Assembly: GCA_965233185.1 (NCBI GenBank)
Contig: CBDDSA010000059.1
Span: 1-55,647 of the forward strand
DNA from: an uncultured bacterium
GTDB lineage: Bacteria > Pseudomonadota > Gammaproteobacteria > Burkholderiales > SG8-39
Direction of reading: 5' to 3'
DNA length: 55,647 bases
Of the stretch, positions 42,729-51,866 are shown piece by piece (the first letter of the stretch is position 1; every line of letters starts with the position of its first letter). The notes beneath the pieces were generated by a model. The model worked only from the letters and a program-made list of their open reading frames with translations, was not told where the DNA came from and ran no database searches. The translations under genes were made by a program, and so were the position numbers.

Positions 42729-45148
42729 CAGTCCTCGCGCACTGCGCGCACCGGCCCCATGCCCATCGCCTCGCGCCCGGACACGATCGCCGTGAGCACG
42801 GCCAGGCCGACGAGCACGGCGGTGAGCCCAAGCAGGAAAAGGTACGGCGGATGCAGCTCCATGCTCCAGCCGAACGATTGCCGGTTCACCACGTACACCA
42901 GAATGAGGCTGATGGCCGCGCCGAGCGCGAGACCGGCGAGCGCGCCGAGCAGCGCGAGCAGCCCGCCCTCGGTTGCGAGCATCGCGCGCACCTGGCCGCG
43001 CGTTACGCCGAGGTGGCGCAGCACGCCGAACTCGCGCCGCCGGGCGATGACGATGGCGCCGAGGCTGGACGACAAGCCGAACAACCCGACCAGCACCGCA
43101 ACGGCTTCCATCGCGTAGGTGACCGCGAAGCTGCGATCGAAGATCCGCAGCGACAGCTCGCGGATTTCCGGGGGCGCTGCAATGTCCAGCTCAGGCCCGC
43201 CCGGGAGCGCGCGCAGCGCCTGCATAGCCTGCGCCGGCGTAACGCCGGGCTTGAGCCAAGCCGCCCCGTCGTTCACGCGCCGATCGCCCGTCAGCGCGAC
43301 ATAGTCGGCGCGCTCCATGAGCACGGCGCCGTGCTGGCGCGCGTAGTCGCGGAACACGCCGGCCACCACGACCGGGACGGCGCGGCCCTCCAGAGGCAGC
43401 TCGATGCGCTGCGAAGGCGCAAAGCCATACAGGTCGACCACCGCCTCGCTTACCCAGACCGGCGGCGGATCGCCCGGGCGGCGCTGGTAGCGCTCCCCGG
43501 TCAGCGGAAAGGCGTGCTCGGCGCGCTCGCGCGCGAGCAGCGAAAGCGGCGGGCGCGCGGGATCGAGGAGCAGGCGTCCGGTACGCAGGAAGTCCACCCG
43601 CTCGATCTGCGGCAACGCGCGCACGCGCTCCTCGAATCCCGGCTCCAGCCACCCGGTGTCGCCGGCGTGGGTGCTGCGAAAGTAAAGCTCCGCCGGCAGC
43701 ACCGCGTCGAGCCAGTCGTCCACCGATTCGCGGAAGGACGCCACCATGATCGCCATGGCGGCCATAAGCGAGAAGCTTGCCACGATCGCCGCCAGGCTCA
43801 CCGCGCCCTGGCCGGGGGCGCCGCGCAGCTGGGACACGGCGAGCGCCCAGGGGATGTGGCGCGTCACCGGCAGGGCTGCGAAAGCCCATTGCGACACGCG
43901 CGGCATGAGCGCGATGGCGCCCACCAGCAGGCAGGCGATCGCCGCGTAGCCGAATAGCGGCAGCCCGCGCACCGGACCGAGCTGCGACAGCACGGCGCCG
44001 GCGGCGAGGAACGCGAGGCCCGGCCAGACGCGCGAGACGCGCCCGAACATGTGCTGCTCGTCGCCCGCCTTCAGGGCGCGCGCCGCCGGCGCGCGCGCCG
44101 CATCCCGCGCCGGCAGCCAGGCGCCGGCCAGCGCGACCAGCATCCCGGCCAACGCATGCAGCAGGGCGGCGATCCAGGTAAAGCCCAGCTCGGGCGTGGC
44201 CGCGCGCAGCTGCCCGGTGCCCAAGTCCGCCCCGGCATAGCGCACCGCGGCCGAAGCGAGGAGATAGCCGAGCACCACGCCCAGCGCGCCGCCCAGCGCG
44301 CCCAGCAGGCCGGCCTCGGAGAGGATGAGCCGCGCGAGTCCCCGCGCCGGCAGTCCCAGCACGCGAAGCAGCGCGTGCTCGGCGCGGCGGCGCGCCATCT
44401 CGAGCGCCTGCGCCGAGAACACCAGGAACCCGCCGGTGAACAGCGCGACCAGCGCGAGCACGTTGAGATTCACCCGGTAGGCGCGCGACGGGTAGCCGCT
44501 CGCCTGCTCGAGCGTCTGCACCGCCGCCACGTGCACCCCGGGCGGCAGCAGGGGCTTGACCGCCGCGAGCACCGCGTCGCGCGACGCGCCGCTTTCCAGC
44601 CGGATGTCCAGCCGGTTCAGCTCGCCCAGGCGAGCGAGACGCCATTGCGCCGTGGCGATGTCGGCAAGCGCGGAGACGCCCTTAAGGTCCGCCGTGCCTT
44701 CGACCTGCAACTCCACGATGCGCGCGCCGACCACCAGGCGCAGGGTTTCTCCGGCCACCTCCCGCGCGAGCGGCGAGAGCAGCACCCGGTCCGGTGCGAG
44801 CAGCTCGGGCTTGCCCAGGCGCAAGGCGTCCAGGCCGACCACGCGCACCGTACGTTCGCTGCCGGCGACGCCGGCCTCCAGCTCCAGGCCGGGATTCACC
44901 CAGGCCACGCCCGGCAGGCGGGCGATGCGCGGATAGAGCGACTCTGGAAAGCCGGCTCGCCCGCCGCGCACCTGCAAGTCCGCTTCGCCGGCCAGCGCGC
45001 GCACCGCGGCCGCGAGATCGTCCACCGCGGCCCGGTTGACGAGGTACACGCCGTAGCCCAGCGCCACGCCGAGCGCGATGCCGGCGACCGAGAGCAGCGC
45101 CCGGCCTCGCGGCCGGCGCCGGCCGAGCACCGCCAGAAGACCGAGCAT
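42725..45148 (-). CDS. FtsX-like ABC transporter permease (AttF/G type)
   Basis: GIALGVAL, two RR.E..LR.LG FtsX motifs, VNRQSFGW, C-terminal AVREDW. Confidence 0.88.
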   Translation of the reverse strand: MLGLLAVLGRRRPRGRALLSVAGIALGVALGYGVYLVNRAAVDDLAAAVRALAGEADLQVRGGRAGFPESLYPRIARLPGVAWVNPGLELEAGVAGSERTVRVVGLDALRLGKPELLAPDRVLLSPLAREVAGETLRLVVGARIVELQVEGTADLKGVSALADIATAQWRLARLGELNRLDIRLESGASRDAVLAAVKPLLPPGVHVAAVQTLEQASGYPSRAYRVNLNVLALVALFTGGFLVFSAQALEMARRRAEHALLRVLGLPARGLARLILSEAGLLGALGGALGVVLGYLLASAAVRYAGADLGTGQLRAATPELGFTWIAALLHALAGMLVALAGAWLPARDAARAPAARALKAGDEQHMFGRVSRVWPGLAFLAAGAVLSQLGPVRGLPLFGYAAIACLLVGAIALMPRVSQWAFAALPVTRHIPWALAVSQLRGAPGQGAVSLAAIVASFSLMAAMAIMVASFRESVDDWLDAVLPAELYFRSTHAGDTGWLEPGFEERVRALPQIERVDFLRTGRLLLDPARPPLSLLARERAEHAFPLTGERYQRRPGDPPPVWVSEAVVDLYGFAPSQRIELPLEGRAVPVVVAGVFRDYARQHGAVLMERADYVALTGDRRVNDGAAWLKPGVTPAQAMQALRALPGGPELDIAAPPEIRELSLRIFDRSFAVTYAMEAVAVLVGLFGLSSSLGAIVIARRREFGVLRHLGVTRGQVRAMLATEGGLLALLGALAGLALGAAISLILVYVVNRQSFGWSMELHPPYLFLLGLTAVLVGLAVLTAIVSGREAMGMGPVRAVREDW

Positions 45149-45154
45149 GGGGAT

Positions 45155-45161
45155 TAATATA
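45155..45161. promoter_or_regulatory. overlapping back-to-back -10 boxes (putative bidirectional leaderless promoter)
   Basis: + strand TAATAT (45155-45160) is 7 nt before ATG 45168; - strand TATATT (45156-45161) is 7 nt before ATG 45148; no RBS fits in the 19-nt gap. Confidence 0.55.
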
Positions 45162-45167
45162 CCGGCG

Positions 45168-46046
45168 ATGAAATGGCTTGCCCTGGCCGCGTTGCTGCTT
45201 GCCGCCCCCGCGCATGCGCAGGAGGTGCCGGCGTGGTTCGCGCCGTCCTTCCTCGATATCCGCGAGGACGTGAGCGAGGCGGCGAAGCAGGGACGGCGCC
45301 TGATGGTGTACTTCCACCAGGACGGCTGCCCCTACTGCAAGCGGCTGGTCGAGGTGAATTTCCGCGACCCGGCGATCCTCGAGAAGATGCAGCGGCATTT
45401 CACCGCCATCGACATCAACATCTTCGGCGACCGCGAGGTCACCTGGACCGACGGGCGGCGCATGCCGGAGAAGCAGTTCGCCGCGCTCCTCAAGGTGCAG
45501 TTCACCCCGACCCTGGTGTTCTTCGAGGAGAAGGCCGAGGTGGCCCATCGCATCAACGGCTACCTGCCGCCGGAGCGCTTCCTCGCGGCCCTGGACGCGG
45601 CGCTGGGCCACAAGCCACAAACCCGGGCCGCCGGGCCGCAGGCGGCGGACCTCAGGCGCAGCGCCGGCGCCAAGCCGCTGGCGGTCATGCTGGTGGCGCC
45701 GGCCTGCAAAGCCTGCGAGGAGATGGAGCGCAACCTGGAGCGTCCGGAAGCACGCCGGCAGCTCGCGCGGCTCGAGCTCTTGCGGCTCGAGAGCCCGGCG
45801 CAGGTGCTCACCGCGGCCGGCCGCGCCACGCTGCGCTCCGAATACCTGCCGGCGCTGGTGTTTTTCGAGCCGGGCGGAGGCGAAGTCTTCCGCACCGAAG
45901 CCTACCTGCGCCCGTTCCACCTGGCCGCGTCCCTCGAGTACGTGGCGAGCGGCGCCTATGCGCGCGAGCCCTCGTTCCAGCGCTTCCTGCACGCGAAAGC
46001 CGAGCGCATGCGTGATCGCGGCGAGCGCGTGGACCTGTGGAACTGA
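45168..46046 (+). CDS. periplasmic SoxW-like thioredoxin-fold protein (two domains)
   Basis: Signal peptide; WF..SFLDIRED, QDGCPYC, VQFTPT, second CKAC motif. Confidence 0.8.
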   Translation: MKWLALAALLLAAPAHAQEVPAWFAPSFLDIREDVSEAAKQGRRLMVYFHQDGCPYCKRLVEVNFRDPAILEKMQRHFTAIDINIFGDREVTWTDGRRMPEKQFAALLKVQFTPTLVFFEEKAEVAHRINGYLPPERFLAALDAALGHKPQTRAAGPQAADLRRSAGAKPLAVMLVAPACKACEEMERNLERPEARRQLARLELLRLESPAQVLTAAGRATLRSEYLPALVFFEPGGGEVFRTEAYLRPFHLAASLEYVASGAYAREPSFQRFLHAKAERMRDRGERVDLWN

Positions 46047-46068
46047 ACGGCTTTAGTACACTGCGGCC

Positions 46069-46641
46069 ATGAACCAGCTTTTCCTGTTGATCAGCGTTGC
46101 TCTTTCCCTGGCGGTCATTACGACACCCGCTGCGGCGCAGCCGCCGCCGCATGCCAAGGCCCACGGCTGGCGCAAGATGAACGACCCGACTTACGTCGGC
46201 TACACCGGCAAAAAGTGGGAGAAGGATTACGGCGTGGCCGAGGGCCGCTGCAATACCGCCGCCGTAGGTGCGGTGGTGGGTGGGGTGATTGGCGGGGTGG
46301 TCGGCTCGCGAGCCGCGAAGAACGACGACCGGCCAATCGCCATCATCCTTGGCACGGCGCTGGGCGCGGTGGTCGGCCATGCCATCGGCAAGGAGCTCGA
46401 TGCTTCGGATCGCGCCTGCATGGGCCACACGCTGGAGCTCGCCAGCGCGCGCAAGACCGTCGCCTGGACCAACGCAAATACCGGCGTGAGCTATGCCCTT
46501 ACGCCGACGGCGGCGTTCAAGGAGGGCTCGGTCCCCTGCCGCCGCTTCACCACGGTGCTCACTGCAGGCAGGAAGAAGGACACGCTGAAAGGCGCCGCCT
46601 GCCGGCAGGCCGACGGCGAGTGGGTGTTCAAAGCCCCTTGA
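46069..46641 (+). CDS. glycine-zipper / 17 kDa surface antigen-like protein
   Basis: Signal peptide; GAVVGGVIGGVVGS, GAVVGHAIG, CRRFT..GAACRQADGEW. Confidence 0.78.
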   Translation: MNQLFLLISVALSLAVITTPAAAQPPPHAKAHGWRKMNDPTYVGYTGKKWEKDYGVAEGRCNTAAVGAVVGGVIGGVVGSRAAKNDDRPIAIILGTALGAVVGHAIGKELDASDRACMGHTLELASARKTVAWTNANTGVSYALTPTAAFKEGSVPCRRFTTVLTAGRKKDTLKGAACRQADGEWVFKAP

Positions 46642-47134
46642 TTTGCACGTCGGCGGCCTCGCCGCCGGCCGCCGGATCGGCCTCGCGCTCGAGCAGCGCC
46701 TCGAGGCGGGCGATGTGGCGCTGCTCGTCGCCGGCCATTTCCGCAGAGAACGCGCGCACCGCGTCGTCGCGCGCGTTCTCGGCGACATCCACGTAGAAGG
46801 CATGCGTCTGGCGCTCTAAGGCGAGCGCACTCGCGAGGGCTTCTCGGCTGCTGCCCGGCGCGCGCCGCGGGGCCGCGGCCTCGCCGCTGAAGTGCCAGCG
46901 CAGCTCCCAGCCGGCGAACTGCGGCAGGGTGCGTCCGGACGTGCCGAGCTTGATCAGCTCGTATTGCTCCTGCTCCTCGCGCCCCATGCGCTCCAGCTCG
47001 TCGGCGAGGTCCTCGACGCCGATCTCGCGCATGAAGCGCTCCAGCTCGAAGTAGCGCTTCGCCGCCTTTTGCTCGATCTCGAGGCAGTACGAGAACAACT
47101 CGGGTAGTGTGCGTGGCAGCAAACGTGCGCCCAT
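46628..47134 (-). CDS. ferritin-like (rubrerythrin family) protein
   Basis: EIE..A..Y, ALALERQTHAFY, DEQRH; AAGGAG RBS. Confidence 0.75.
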   Translation of the reverse strand: MGARLLPRTLPELFSYCLEIEQKAAKRYFELERFMREIGVEDLADELERMGREEQEQYELIKLGTSGRTLPQFAGWELRWHFSGEAAAPRRAPGSSREALASALALERQTHAFYVDVAENARDDAVRAFSAEMAGDEQRHIARLEALLEREADPAAGGEAADVQIKGL

Positions 47135-47200
47135 ATTGGCTCCTTGCGCACCAATCTAGGCGGCCGACATTACGCGCAATCAGCGCGCTACGCGCCAAGC

Positions 47201-48832
47201 TTATGATTCGAATGCCCTAAGGACGTGCCCCGGGCCGTCGTGCGGCAACGAATATTGCACGCCGTCGAACACCTCTAGTCCGTTCACCCAGACGCCGTGC
47301 ACGCCAAGCGGCGAACGGGTCATGCGAGCGCCCCCGCCGGGCAGATCGTGGGTGCGGGTGAGGCCGGATACGCCGACCTTCGCGGGATCGAACAGCAGCA
47401 GGTCGGCCCATTGCCCCGGCGCGATCACGCCGCGCTGCGGGATGCGGTACTTGCGCGCCGGATCGCTGGTCAGCCGGCGCACCCCTTCCTCCAGCGTGAA
47501 GGTGCGCGTGTCGCGCACCCAGTGCGCGAGGAAGTGCAGGCCGAAGCCGGCATCGCAGAAATAGATGAGGTGCGCGCCGGCGTCGGACAGCGCCACCACG
47601 CCGGCCGGGTGCCGCAGCAGCGGCGCGACCCCCGCGTCGTCGTTCTGGAAAAGCTTGGCGACGAGCGGCGTGTCGAGCGGCAGGTCGAACACGAACGCGA
47701 GCGGATCCTGCGCCAGCTCGGTGACCGGCACGCCGTCGAGCTCCACCTGCGACCAGTCGCCGTAGAACAGGATGCCGCTTTTCGGGTTCTGCAGGTTCTT
47801 GCGAAAGTCCCGGCGAAAACCCGCATCGCGGTAGATCGCCGCGCGCTCCTGCGGCGCCGCCGCCTTCACGCGGTCGAACGCCGCGTGCGAATACAGGAGG
47901 TAAGGCTCGCGCAGCGTGAAGTCGAACGACAGCGGCTGGCAGCTCGTATGGATGTACACCTCCCGGCCCCGCTCGAGCGCGGCCGCGCAGCGCTCGTAAT
48001 ACTGCAGCGCGCGCCCGGGGTGCGCGCGGCTGTGCATCGTGAGCACGGTCACCATGAACGCCGGGCGCCCGGTATCCCCGGCGATGGCTTCCATGTACTC
48101 GGGCGTGGCGCGCGGCCCCGTGGCCATGACGAAGATGCCCTTGCCGAAGGCCTTGAGCTCGCCTGCCAGGCAGCGCAGCTCCTCGTCCGAGGCGATGGTG
48201 GAGGGCATGGGCTTGCCGCCCCAGCCGCTGTGGTTGGGCGAGAACGAGGAGGCGAATCCCGCCGCGCCCGCGTGCAGCGCTTCGCGCACCAGGCGCTGCA
48301 TCTCGGACAATTCCTGACGCGTCGGCGTGGCGCGCGTGGAAGCCTCCTCACCCATCACGGCGGTGCGGATGGTGGAGTGGCCGGCCAGCACGCCGACGTT
48401 GGCGCACGGCCGGCCGCGCTCCAGCGCCTGCAGGTACTCGGCGAAGGTCTCGAAGTCCCAGCGCGTGCCGGCGAGCAGCGCGTTGAGGTCCATGCCCTCC
48501 ACCACCGAAAGATTCTTGACGAGGGTTTCGCGCAGCGCCCGCGGGCAAGGCGCGATGCCGAAGCCGCAGTTGCCCAGGATCGCGGTGGTGACGCCCAGCG
48601 ACACCGAAGGCGACAGCGTCGGGTCCCAGGTGGCCTGGGCGTCGTAGTGCGTATGAACGTCGACGATGCCGGGCATCAGGCATAGCCCGCCGGCGTCCAA
48701 GGTGCGCCGCGCGCTTTCGCGCACGGTCCCCAGCGCCACGATTTTGCCTTTCCTGACCCCGACGTCGGCCTGCCGGGCGGGGGCCCCGGTACCGTCGGCG
48801 AGCAGTGCGCCACGTATCAAAAGTTCAAGCAT
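47201..48832 (-). CDS. amidohydrolase, N-acyl-D-amino-acid deacylase family
   Basis: PGIVDVHTHYD, GVTTAILGNCG, SDAGAH, ADLLLFDP. Confidence 0.88.
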   Translation of the reverse strand: MLELLIRGALLADGTGAPARQADVGVRKGKIVALGTVRESARRTLDAGGLCLMPGIVDVHTHYDAQATWDPTLSPSVSLGVTTAILGNCGFGIAPCPRALRETLVKNLSVVEGMDLNALLAGTRWDFETFAEYLQALERGRPCANVGVLAGHSTIRTAVMGEEASTRATPTRQELSEMQRLVREALHAGAAGFASSFSPNHSGWGGKPMPSTIASDEELRCLAGELKAFGKGIFVMATGPRATPEYMEAIAGDTGRPAFMVTVLTMHSRAHPGRALQYYERCAAALERGREVYIHTSCQPLSFDFTLREPYLLYSHAAFDRVKAAAPQERAAIYRDAGFRRDFRKNLQNPKSGILFYGDWSQVELDGVPVTELAQDPLAFVFDLPLDTPLVAKLFQNDDAGVAPLLRHPAGVVALSDAGAHLIYFCDAGFGLHFLAHWVRDTRTFTLEEGVRRLTSDPARKYRIPQRGVIAPGQWADLLLFDPAKVGVSGLTRTHDLPGGGARMTRSPLGVHGVWVNGLEVFDGVQYSLPHDGPGHVLRAFES

Positions 48833-48884
48833 TTTCCGTTAGTTGGCCGGTAGAATGGACCTAATACATAACGAGGCGTGCGCA

Positions 48885-50642
48885 GTGCGAACCACGCTGG
48901 GCCGTTACAAGATCTTAGGGGAATTGGGGCGCGGGGCGATGGGCGCGGTGTACCGGGCGCTCGATCCGCTGATCGAGCGCGAGGTGGCGATCAAGACGCT
49001 GCTGGCCGACCTGCCCACGGATGTCATGGCCGAGGTGCGCGAGCGCTTCATCCGCGAGGCGCGCTCGGCCGGGCGCCTGAACCATCCCAACATCGTCACC
49101 ATCTTCGACGTCGGCGAGCAGGACGGCATGGCCTACATCGCCATGGAGCTGCTGGAGGGGCGCTCGCTGCAGACCATCCTGCGCGAGGACGGGCGCCTCG
49201 CCTACGACCTGGTAGCCGACATCGCCGCGCAGCTCGCCGACGCGCTGGACCTGGCGCAGCGCTATTCGATCGTGCACCGCGACGTGAAGCCGGCCAACGT
49301 GATGATCGATGCCATGGAGCGCGCCAAGCTCACCGACTTCGGCGTCGCCTACGTGCCCTCGTCCACCATGACCCAGACCGGCACCTCGCTCGGCTCGCCG
49401 CGCTACATGTCGCCCGAGCAGGTGCTGGGCATGCCGGTCGACCCGCGCTCCGACATTTTCTCCCTCGGCGTGGTGCTCTACGAGATGCTGGCGCGGCGCA
49501 CGCCCTTCGAGAGCGCCGGCGACACCACGGTGTTCCCGCTCATGAACCGCATCGCCGCCATCCCTCATCCGCCGCTGCGCCAGGTCGATCCGCGCATCCC
49601 GGCCGGATTCGAGCGCATCGTCGACCGGGCGCTCGCCAAGAAGCCCGAGGAGCGCTACCAGCGCGCCGCCGAGATGGCGTTCGACCTGCGGCGCATGGGC
49701 GCGGCCCCGGCGCGCGCCGCCGAGGACGACGCCGCCCTCGCCAGCCGCTCGCACCCGGCGGCGCGGCCGATCGCGGAAGACCAGGCGCGCTCGCAGCTCC
49801 TCAAGGACCTGGACAAGTTCGTCGAGCGCTTCGACCGGGACGAGGAAGCGCGGCTGCGCGCCGAGCAGCAGGCGCAGCTGCGCAAGGAGGAGGAAATGCG
49901 CCGCTGGGCCGAGGACCAGGCGCGCAAGCGCGAAGCCTTCGAGCGCTCGCTCGGTCCCACGCCGGTGGCCGAGCTCACCAACACCGGCACCATGCGCCGG
50001 GCCGCGCTCGACATGCTGCGCAAGCAGGCCTCGGTGCTGCCGCCCAAGCCCGACGCGCACGCGGAGCGCGACAAGCGCATCGCCGAGCTCGACCAGGCGA
50101 TGGCCGCCGCCTTCCAGTATCTGCTCGAGCTGGTGCGCGAGCTGAATGAGATCCGTCCCACCTCCGAGCAGCCCTACGAGTTCATCTACCTGGGCAAGCT
50201 GCCGGCGGTGCGCCTGTCGGAGGCGTTCGTCGATGCGCGCAAGCGCCACCTGCACGGCCGCGAGGTGCACGACCACATGTTCATGCGCTTTCGCATCACC
50301 CCCAGCGTGCCGGCGAAGGCGAAGCTGCTGGGCGAGGACATCCCGCGCTGCGAGCAGTACCTGAAGGCCATGAAGATCGCCTTCAGCCACCGCGTCGAGG
50401 CGAAGAACGACTTCGGCAAGGTGTCGCGCGCCGAGTTCAGCGTCACCGGCTCGCTGCCCTGCGAGATCGTGCTGCGGCCCGACTACGACGCGCAGCTCGT
50501 GCAGGCCGAGCTTACCAACGTGCGCCGCCTGGGCCGCGTGCAGTACCGCCTGTCCACCGCCGTATTCAACGACGTGGTCGACGACCTCGCGCGCTACATG
50601 CTGGGCGTCGACGACGACTTCGAGCGCCTCGCGCGCCGCTAG
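48885..50642 (+). CDS. Hanks-type Ser/Thr protein kinase with coiled coil and C-terminal domain
   Basis: LGRGAMG, VAIK, HRDVKPAN, DFG, YMSPEQ, DIFSLG; GTG start after GAGG (ATG 48855 also possible). Confidence 0.92.
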   Translation: MRTTLGRYKILGELGRGAMGAVYRALDPLIEREVAIKTLLADLPTDVMAEVRERFIREARSAGRLNHPNIVTIFDVGEQDGMAYIAMELLEGRSLQTILREDGRLAYDLVADIAAQLADALDLAQRYSIVHRDVKPANVMIDAMERAKLTDFGVAYVPSSTMTQTGTSLGSPRYMSPEQVLGMPVDPRSDIFSLGVVLYEMLARRTPFESAGDTTVFPLMNRIAAIPHPPLRQVDPRIPAGFERIVDRALAKKPEERYQRAAEMAFDLRRMGAAPARAAEDDAALASRSHPAARPIAEDQARSQLLKDLDKFVERFDRDEEARLRAEQQAQLRKEEEMRRWAEDQARKREAFERSLGPTPVAELTNTGTMRRAALDMLRKQASVLPPKPDAHAERDKRIAELDQAMAAAFQYLLELVRELNEIRPTSEQPYEFIYLGKLPAVRLSEAFVDARKRHLHGREVHDHMFMRFRITPSVPAKAKLLGEDIPRCEQYLKAMKIAFSHRVEAKNDFGKVSRAEFSVTGSLPCEIVLRPDYDAQLVQAELTNVRRLGRVQYRLSTAVFNDVVDDLARYMLGVDDDFERLARR

Positions 50643-50658
50643 CGCGCCGCGCGCGCTA
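50640..50658. terminator. GC hairpin between the convergent kinase and frmA genes
   Basis: TAGCGCGC-CGC-GCGCGCTA inverted repeat starting at the kinase stop codon; no clear U-tract. Confidence 0.35.
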
Positions 50659-50668
50659 CACCGGGGAG

Positions 50669-50712
50669 ATCGGGGTCAGAGCCCGAATTCCAATCGGGGT
50701 CAGAGCCCGATT
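50669..50712. repeat. two tandem REP-like imperfect palindromes
   Basis: ATCGGGGTCAGAGCCCGAAT (50669-50688) and ATCGGGGTCAGAGCCCGATT (50693-50712). Confidence 0.8.
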
Positions 50713-50718
50713 GGCTGC

Positions 50719-51822
50719 TCAATAGACCACCACGCTGCGGATCGACTCTCCCGCGCGCATCAGCTCGAAGCCCCGGTTGATGTCGGTGAGCGGCAAGACG
50801 TGGGTGATGAGATCGTCGATGTTGATCTTGCCGTCCATGTACCAGTCCACGATCCTGGGCACGTCGCTGCGGCCCCTGGCGCCGCCGAAGGCGGTGCCTT
50901 TCCACGTGCGCCCGGTCACGAGCTGGAAAGGCCGCGTGCGTATCTCCTGCCCGGCACCCGCCACGCCGATGATGACCGACGTGCCCCAGCCCCTATGGCA
51001 GCACTCGAGCGCCTGGCGCATCAGGTCCACGTTGCCGACGCACTCGAAGCTGTAATCCGCACCCCCGCGTGTGAGTTCGACGATCTCAGCAACTACATCC
51101 TTGCCCTTCGGATCGACAAAGTGCGTCATGCCGAACTTCTCGGCCAGCGCCTTGCGGCGCGGATTGATGTCGACGCCGACGATCATGTCGGCGCCGGCCA
51201 ACCGGGCGCCTTGCACCACGTTCAGGCCGATGCCGCCCAGCCCGAAGACCACCACGTTGGCGCCGGGCTCAACCTTCGCGGTATTGATGACCGCGCCGAT
51301 GCCGGTGGTCACGCCGCAGCCGATGTAGCAGACCTTGTCGAACGGCGCGTCCTCGCGGATCTTCGCCAGCGCGACCTCGGGCAGCACGGTCAAGTTCGAG
51401 AACGTCGAGCAGCCCATGTAATGCAGCACCGGCTTGCCGTTCAGCGAGAACCGGCTGGTTCCGTCCGGCATGACGCCCTTGCCCTGCGTCGCGCGGATCG
51501 CCGTGCACAGGTTGGTCTTGCGCGACAGGCACGCCTTGCACTGCCGGCACTCGGGAACGTAAAGCGGGACGACGTGGTCGCCCCTCTTGAGCGTCATGAC
51601 GCCGGGACCGGCATCCACCACGATGCCGGCGCCCTCATGGCCGAGGATTGCGGGGAAAAGGCCTTCCGGATCGGCTCCCGACAGGGTGAACTCGTCGGTA
51701 TGGCACACGCCGCTTGCCTTGATCTCCACCAGTACCTCGCCCGCCTTTGGTCCTTCCAGATCGACGGTTTCGATTGCCAGGGGCTTGCCGGCGGCGAAGG
51801 CCACGGCGGCTTTGACTTTCAA
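50719..51822 (-). CDS. frmA: S-(hydroxymethyl)glutathione dehydrogenase / class III alcohol dehydrogenase
   Basis: GVCHTDEFTLSG.DPEG, GHEGAG, ECRQCKAC..NLC, CGVTTGIG, GLGGIG, TRPFQLVTGR; GGAGG + TTG start. Confidence 0.95.
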   Translation of the reverse strand: MKVKAAVAFAAGKPLAIETVDLEGPKAGEVLVEIKASGVCHTDEFTLSGADPEGLFPAILGHEGAGIVVDAGPGVMTLKRGDHVVPLYVPECRQCKACLSRKTNLCTAIRATQGKGVMPDGTSRFSLNGKPVLHYMGCSTFSNLTVLPEVALAKIREDAPFDKVCYIGCGVTTGIGAVINTAKVEPGANVVVFGLGGIGLNVVQGARLAGADMIVGVDINPRRKALAEKFGMTHFVDPKGKDVVAEIVELTRGGADYSFECVGNVDLMRQALECCHRGWGTSVIIGVAGAGQEIRTRPFQLVTGRTWKGTAFGGARGRSDVPRIVDWYMDGKINIDDLITHVLPLTDINRGFELMRAGESIRSVVVY

Positions 51823-51845
51823 GCGAACCTCCGTTGTGGGTACGT

Positions 51846-51865
51846 ATTCGGGCTCTGACCCCGAT
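51846..51865. repeat. third REP-like copy, inverted
   Basis: ATTCGGGCTCTGACCCCGAT is the exact reverse complement of the 50669-50688 copy. Confidence 0.8.
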
Positions 51866-51866
51866 T

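Noticed and set aside
45168-46046. Sox sulfur-oxidation cluster
   Set aside because: Only a SoxW-like thioredoxin is present; no soxABXYZ or soxV in the window.
50669-50712. CRISPR array
   Set aside because: Only two adjacent 20-bp units with a 4-nt gap, no spacers and no cas genes.
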